Below are positions 60,205 to 64,000 of a DNA stretch of 64,000 bases, piece by piece. The stretch's first letter is position 1; every line of letters starts with the position of its first letter. The stretch comes from Eledone cirrhosa (Eukaryota), in assembly GCA_964016885.1 (NCBI GenBank), contig OZ024743.1, positions 166,160,001-166,224,000 of the forward strand, read 5' to 3'. The position numbers and the translations under genes are program-made. Under the pieces are notes generated by a model. That model was not told the origin of the DNA. It was given only the letters and a program-made list of their open reading frames with translations, and ran no database searches.

Positions 60205-63200
60205 ACATTTATAGTTTGTGCTGGGTGCTTTTGTTGTGACTCCTACACAATCACTTTACAGTGTGGGCTGAGTGCTTTTTGCCATGTTGCAATCACAACT
60301 TTACAATGTGGGATGGGCGCTTCTTGCTGTGTCAACATCACGACCACTTTACAGTGTGGGCTGGAGGCTTCACTGGATGTATGCTACAGCCTGTCCTCAT
60401 GGGAGATGTATGGGAGTGGTTCATACTATATATATGCTTCAGCTTCAGTCTGTGCCCATGGGCAGGCAAGTCTTCTGTATTACTGCATAACGCCAGAGAG
60501 TTCGGTCTTGTATCATTGCCTTTGAGAGGTGCAATTGAGCAAGGTCAGCTTTTATCACCTCGTCCCAAGTCTTCCTGTGTCTCCCCACTCCAACGCTTTC
60601 ATTGACTTTGAGCACTCTGCACCTTTTTATACAGCTGTCATCCTTCATAACATCACATGTCTCTAACAACGTAACCTATTCTCCTGCACACAGCATCCAA
60701 TTCCTCTTATGCCTAGTCTCTCTCTCAGTTCATTTATGCTTTGCAGTTCACATATATTACTATTACACATCCATCGGAGACGCAGGCTTCGTTTCTTTCT
60801 AATTTACGCAAGTCTTCTACAGACAGCGCCCAAGTCTCACTACCATGCAATATTGCTGTTTGTATGCACGCATCATACAGTCTGCCTTTCATTTTGAGGG
60901 AAAAGCATTTTGTAGTTAGCAGTGGTAGTAGCTCCCTGAATTTCTTCCATCTCATTCTCACCCTGGCTACTGTACTTTCAGAACACCATCTCCACTGCTA
61001 ATTTGGTCACCTAGGTAGCAGAAACTGTCTACTGCATCTACTGAACCTTCCCGGAATTTGATAGCCTTGTTTCCCGTGGTCATTTGCTGATTACTGCTCC
61101 GATGCAGCAGCTACATGTAAAACCTACATTCTTAACTAAACTTCCCCGAGATCCCATCTCTTGTGTACCCATAGTTTGCATTTGGGACGGAGGATGGAAT
61201 TTTTAGCTACACCTTTCCTACACACTGAGCAAAGCTATTTACTTGAGAGGGTCAGGGTTATGATTTCTCTTCTACTTACTAGGACCTTAGTCTTTGTCCG
61301 GTTAACTTTAAGACCCCTTGCTTCTGGGCCCTGTTTCCATGTTTGGAATTGTTTCTCTAGTTCCACCATAGACTCTGCTATGAATGTAAGATCATCTGCG
61401 TACAGGAGGTCCCATGGGCAGCCAGTCTTAAACTCCTCTATTATAGCCTGCAGTACAATAATAAACAGGAGAGGGCTGAGAACAGAACCCTGGTGGACAT
61501 CAACCTGCACGCTAAATTCCTTGCTATACTCATTGTTAATCCTAACTGCTGACTGCTCCCCTATACATGGCTTGTACAGCTTTCACAAGCCACTCATCTA
61601 CTCCTAGTTTTCTAAGAGCCCACCAGATTATGGAACAGGGACTCTGTCAAAAGCTTGTTCCAGATCAACAAATGCCAGGTAGAGCAGCTTCACTTTTAGC
61701 TTGGCACTTTTCCTGCAGCCGCTTCACCAGGAGGAGAGCATCTGTGGTACTTTTGCCTGGTACAAATCCAAACTGCATCTCATCTAGATTTACCCGGTCC
61801 CAAATCAGCTGTGCTATAACTCTTTCTGTTACTTTCATGACCTGGTCCATCAACTTGATGCTCTATAATTTTCTTTATCTAGTGCATTTCCTTTACTCTT
61901 TTAACAGTTGACAATGCTGCTGCTGTGATAATAATTTGGTATGATGCCATTTAGTATTACTTGGTTTACAATACATGTGGTTAAAATGTGACCTACCGAC
62001 CCAAATACTTTCAGTATCTCGGCAACTATTCCCAATGGACTGGTTGCTTTCTTGGTCTTCATATCCTTAATTTCTTTACTTACTACACTGCTGCTGACTT
62101 GTACAGCTGGGCTCTACTTAGGGTAGGATCTCTTTCTCCCATGCATTTTCCTCATTTAGTAATCTTTCATAATGTCTCTTCCATGCAGCTTTCTTTTCAG
62201 CGCCTGAAGCAAGTGCATGTTTATCATCCCAGACACACTTCTCACCAATGATAATTTTCCCTAACACACTACCTCGCAATCCTGAACACCTCAAGTTGTT
62301 GGTCATCACGCTGCAAAACATGCTTGAATTTTTTATCCTGTTTCCTTTTTTGCTAGGTATACTTGTCATCTAGCTTCCCTTCTGGCCACTATGTAGTGTA
62401 CCCTGCTTACCCCGTACTTCCATTTTTTCATGCCTGTCTCTTGGCCTTAATTGTCACATCAACCTTATTGTTCCACCACCAAGTCACTCTCCTAAATCCA
62501 CAGATCTCATCTGTCACCTTAAATAGATTATGCTTCAGGAACTCCCAGTGCTCTTCTATATTAAATGTTTCTATCTGTTCTTCTTTACTATTATAAGCAT
62601 CAAGAAAAATATCTCTAAATCTGTTACTGGCTGAGGGGCTCTTTCAGCTTCCATATCTTTCTCCTCCAGGTTGCCCTCTGTCTCCCGGTTCGTCTGACAA
62701 TGAGGTCGCTAATTGCCAGGTTATGTTGGGGGGTGTATTCCTCACCAGGGAAGAATTTCATGTTTACTATTGACACTCTATCTCGTCCTCTAGTAAGGAT
62801 AAAATCTATCTGGCTAACATGTTCACCAGATCTATAGGTAATCAGGTGGTTGTCAGGTTTTTTTAAGTTGGTGTTATATATCGATAGGTCATTGGATTCA
62901 CAGAATTCTAGGAGCCTGAAACCTTCTTAATTTCTTGCGCCAAACCCATAGCCTATTTGGACGTTGTACAAGCCGTGACAGTGTTTTCGAACATGTCCAT
63001 TAAAGTCCCCCACGTTGATTAGGAATCACAGTCATCCATTAATGCAGTAGTGAGCATTATGGATTCGTAAAACCTATCTTTGAGTTCGTCTGTCAACCCA
63101 GATTTGGGGTGTATATACAGATATACTTGTGGTCATTGTTCTATTTAGGACTAATCTGAGTTTAATGATTCTCGCATTCACTCTATTTACGGAGATTACC

Positions 63201-63205
63201 TTATC
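60205..63205 (-). mobile_element. Long decayed RTE LINE (APE, RT and 3' UTR with tandem units)
   Basis: ORF fragments with YADD, MQFGFVPGKSTTDA, ERLLNEENAWE and VISVNRVNARIIKLRLVL. Confidence 0.92.
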
Positions 63206-64000
63206 TATATATCTATACATATTATTGTATATAAGGGATGTTTCTGTTTGTGCGTTTTGCTCTGATTTTCCCAATGTCTAACTCTCATCATGAATGCTGA
63301 GATTTTGATTTATATATATAATTGCAATAAGCCAACACAGGCTTGACAGTATATACTTGTATATCACTACCTGCAACACCTCTTTTATTTCTCCTTTCTT
63401 TCATTCTATTCCTTTTCCTATGTCAGCCTGATGCTCTGCCTACCCAGAATGCTTTGACCACACAAACTTACTGTTCACTTCACTTAATATTTCTATTCAC
63501 TGTAATTTTTTCATCTCAGTTCAAAGATTACTGTCCAAACTTTATTTATTTATTTATTTCTATTTTTCTCTCATATTCCTCCTAGCTATTTAGTTGCACA
63601 ATTGTTTTATCTTGTTATTATTGCATTGTTTTCAATTTGGAGCATCTTGCAGCTCATACATCACCATTCTGCACCATTTCCCTTGTTAACTTGGTCAAAA
63701 GAGTCATCATGTTATTGTTTTATTGCATGTTGCTGTCCCATCTTGTGCTGCAATACCTGGTGCAATGGGGTGAACGATCCTGTCCTTAATGCACCCCAGT
63801 GGATAGTTGATGATAAAGCGAGGTTTCTGCCAGTCCATTTTGCTCCAATTTCTAGTGTCTGTTTCCATCACGTGTGCTCAGATACACACACATACTATTT
63901 TCTCATTATTCAGAACTGATCAAAGCTATCTAACAGCAACAAATCAAACACATGGTTTTAGTTAATAAAATAGAGAAAAGAGACAAATCTTTGAAAGAAT

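Noticed and set aside
63602-63919. 105 aa plus-strand ORF and a short minus-strand ORF near the window end
   Set aside because: No recognisable domain or convincing splice signals, so coding status cannot be supported.

Overview
AT-rich, repeat-dense eukaryotic genomic DNA. The repeat families (RTE LINEs with GAT tails, CORE-type tRNA SINEs, Penelope-like elements, Helitrons, (TA)n/(CA)n) suggest a coleoid cephalopod such as Octopus; this is an inference. Most of the window is intronic to one minus-strand host gene that the ORF track largely misses. Nine small GT-AG exons (755 nt in total) splice in frame into the middle of a SLC30A9/ZnT9 zinc transporter; its N- and C-terminal exons were not found in the window. 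The introns hold nested mobile elements: several RTE-clade LINE families (one with a PHD-like zinc finger after the RT core), a near full-length Tx1/L1-like element, Penelope-like elements with inverted pseudo-LTRs sitting in (TA)n (one Naiad-like), Helitrons from 114 bp to about 3 kb, piggyBac-type MITEs and SINEs. The main points of interest are two minimal hammerhead-ribozyme motifs 507 nt apart (retrozyme-like), a >2 kb inverted RTE duplication whose copies share disabling lesions, a Helitron with a duplicated 3' end enclosing locally copied sequence, tandem arrays in RTE 3' UTRs, and many fold-back structures. Element boundaries were read by eye and are approximate unless a terminal motif is quoted.
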